DNA of 64,000 nt, taken from the IMG/VR virus record IMGVR_UViG_3300042564_002819, positions 1-64,000 of that record, one strand, 5' to 3'. A program made the translations under genes and the position numbers. The notes beneath the pieces were generated by a model. It saw only the letters and a program-made list of their open reading frames with translations, had not been told where the DNA came from and searched no databases. Of the stretch, positions 62,566 through 64,000 are shown piece after piece (positions within the stretch are counted from its first letter, which is position 1; each line of letters begins with the position of its first letter).

Positions 62566-63916
62566 CGCCTTTTAACAATGCCCATGTTTTTTCGCATACA
62601 TCTTTTAGTTTTTCTTTTCTTGACTTATCTAATGTATTTGTATAATACCAAAACTTTTCTAAATCTTTAGAATGATCTTCTGAGTTCATAAATTTTATAT
62701 ATTGATCTAATATCTTACAAAAATACTTAAAGTTTTCCGATTTTTCTTTTTCGGTTAAATCTAGCAACGAAATCTCTGCTTTAGCTTCAATCTTTTTTTG
62801 TTCAAAGTAATTTTCTATCCACTGCTTACTTTCTTTTGGAAATATTTGAATATTTAAGAACTTTGGATTATGTAAAGGATGCGGACTTATTACCGGCTTG
62901 TGTTGCACCTCAACATTAATTCTTTTAAATTTTTGTTTGATTTTCCAAAGCATCATATCAGGCAAGTGAACTAGATTATATGCTTGTATAGTAGCAGCCC
63001 ACCATATTTTAAAATCTCCTTCAGCAGCGTCTAATTTTCGCATATTTTCTTCTATCTTGTGCCATTTGCTAGGATTTCTTATATAATCGTTTATTGGTCC
63101 TACAGCATCAACACTCATTCCAATTTGTATACGTTCAAAATGCTTCCAAATATTCCAAGCACGTTCTGGAATATTAGTAATATTTGTATTGTATTCTATC
63201 ACAATAGATTTAGATCTTCCGGCATCTATGCACTTTTGTAAAAACTCGTAATGTTGGTCTATTAATAAAGGTTCCCCTCCAACGATGTATAATCGTTCTA
63301 TTGTAGGAATTTCTTGTTCCATTTCCTTCCAAAAAGCAGGCTTTTCGTACCAAGAATAGATATCAACTTCGGGTTTATGCTTTCCGTTTGCTGTTTTTAT
63401 TAATTTTACAGTTTGCCCGCTATCTTTATATTGATTTCCCCAAAGCAATACGTTGTCATCGTACCACTGACTGCTATCTGTAGGCCCACACATTCTACAT
63501 TTTAAATTGCAAAGATTTCCAAAACGAAGATCCATGTATTTTATAGGATTTTCTTCTAAATCAATTGATCCATCTTGCTTCGTTTTTGATATGGCATCTT
63601 CTTTATTAATTACATGAGCCCATATATCTCTTTCCCAACTAGCTCTACTTTCCATTCCTGATTCTGCTTCACGTTTACATCTAATGCATGATTCGTGATA
63701 TTCATTATTTAACATAGCTAATCTAACTTCTTTCATTAGATTGCTGTTTCTAAATCCGTGTATAGTTTCAGTTGATAGGTTGTAATTCGATCCTGTTTCT
63801 GTTTTTACTAATCCCTGATTAATACTAACATTTGCATTACAACATATTCTTACATCGCCGTTATTTCTTACATTTAAACTCATCCACGGCAGTGGACAAA
63901 ATGCGTTATTTTCCAT
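62549..63916 (-). CDS. Radical SAM protein with N-terminal SPASM/twitch-like domain
   Basis: FCPLPW...RICC...CIRC..E..G.ESR; CNLKCRMC; VGGEP. Confidence 0.9.
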   Translation of the reverse strand: MENNAFCPLPWMSLNVRNNGDVRICCNANVSINQGLVKTETGSNYNLSTETIHGFRNSNLMKEVRLAMLNNEYHESCIRCKREAESGMESRASWERDIWAHVINKEDAISKTKQDGSIDLEENPIKYMDLRFGNLCNLKCRMCGPTDSSQWYDDNVLLWGNQYKDSGQTVKLIKTANGKHKPEVDIYSWYEKPAFWKEMEQEIPTIERLYIVGGEPLLIDQHYEFLQKCIDAGRSKSIVIEYNTNITNIPERAWNIWKHFERIQIGMSVDAVGPINDYIRNPSKWHKIEENMRKLDAAEGDFKIWWAATIQAYNLVHLPDMMLWKIKQKFKRINVEVQHKPVISPHPLHNPKFLNIQIFPKESKQWIENYFEQKKIEAKAEISLLDLTEKEKSENFKYFCKILDQYIKFMNSEDHSKDLEKFWYYTNTLDKSRKEKLKDVCEKTWALLKGDVYGL

Positions 63917-63930
63917 TTATAAATCCTATA

Positions 63931-64000
63931 TTAAGAAAGTTGCTTATCGTTTTTATTTTTTCCATGTCCGCTACTAAACTCAAATTTTTTGCCACAAGTT
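63931..64000 (-). CDS. C-terminal fragment of the next gene (5' partial), possibly another radical SAM twitch end
   Basis: Manual translation ..TCGKKFEFSSGHGKNKNDKQLS*; TCG resembles the CIKTCG end of 52036..53145. Confidence 0.3.
   Translation of the reverse strand, partial: TCGKKFEFSSGHGKNKNDKQLS

Noticed and set aside
486-63241. Many short ORFs in the track antisense to or nested in longer genes (e.g. 486..752, 6472..7791, 8987..9289, 17408..17671, 36784..37368, 37396..38455, 60943..61299)
   Set aside because: Shadow frames of well-supported genes, with no SD, no motifs and atypical composition.
1-64000. Alternative genetic code (stop-codon reassignment, as in some jumbo phages)
   Set aside because: Core genes (polB, clpA, metK, rnh) are full length in the standard code, and TAA, TGA and TAG all end genes at coupled junctions.
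1-64000. Bacterial chromosome origin (metK, clpA, dnaJ, def, galE, folE)
   Set aside because: T4-like PolB, clamp and RNase H, a lysis cassette, a fibre gene, late boxes and many small orphans, with no ribosomal or other core bacterial operons, point to a phage.
1-64000. tRNA, rRNA or CRISPR arrays
   Set aside because: No cloverleaf, rRNA-like stretch or regularly spaced repeat-spacer pattern was seen; intergenic gaps are mostly too short. A tRNAscan or CRISPR-finder run would be definitive.
42347-64000. RiPP precursor peptide for the radical SAM/SPASM enzymes
   Set aside because: Island genes are nearly contiguous; no short standalone ORF with an SD and leader/core pattern, and no peptidase, transporter or obvious RRE domain, was found. 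A precursor outside the window cannot be excluded.

Overview
AT-rich, gene-dense 64 kb segment of a large tailed (jumbo, T4-like or T4-distant) bacteriophage genome in the standard genetic code. A lipoprotein o-spanin points to a Gram-negative host. From 5' to 3': thyA end and phoH; a complete lysis cassette (GH19 endolysin, i- and o-spanin, holin); a DnaJ-Def-ClpA proteostasis trio; a ~6 kb late-type cluster of small modular proteins sharing an N-terminal MKxx(E/D)(I/L)xE motif (putative capsid-targeted internal proteins, one carrying a HiPIP domain); a replication operon (DsbA-like protein, family B DNA polymerase, sliding clamp) interrupted by nucleotide-sugar genes; a 7-deazaguanine DNA-modification region (DpdA-like transglycosylase, QueD-like protein with LxxxHRHxF, FolE, QueE, MetK) that also contains a glycosyltransferase, GalE, a PRTase and a HIT protein; RNase H; a MoxR AAA+/VWA pair behind twin promoters; a tail-fibre-like gene; and a >21 kb island running off the window end with 11 radical SAM genes, two QueC-like PP-loop ATPases, homospermidine synthase, 2OG-Fe(II) oxygenases, an SDR and a PLP enzyme. 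No tRNA, rRNA, CRISPR array or intein was seen. All product calls come from motif recognition by eye; no searches were run.
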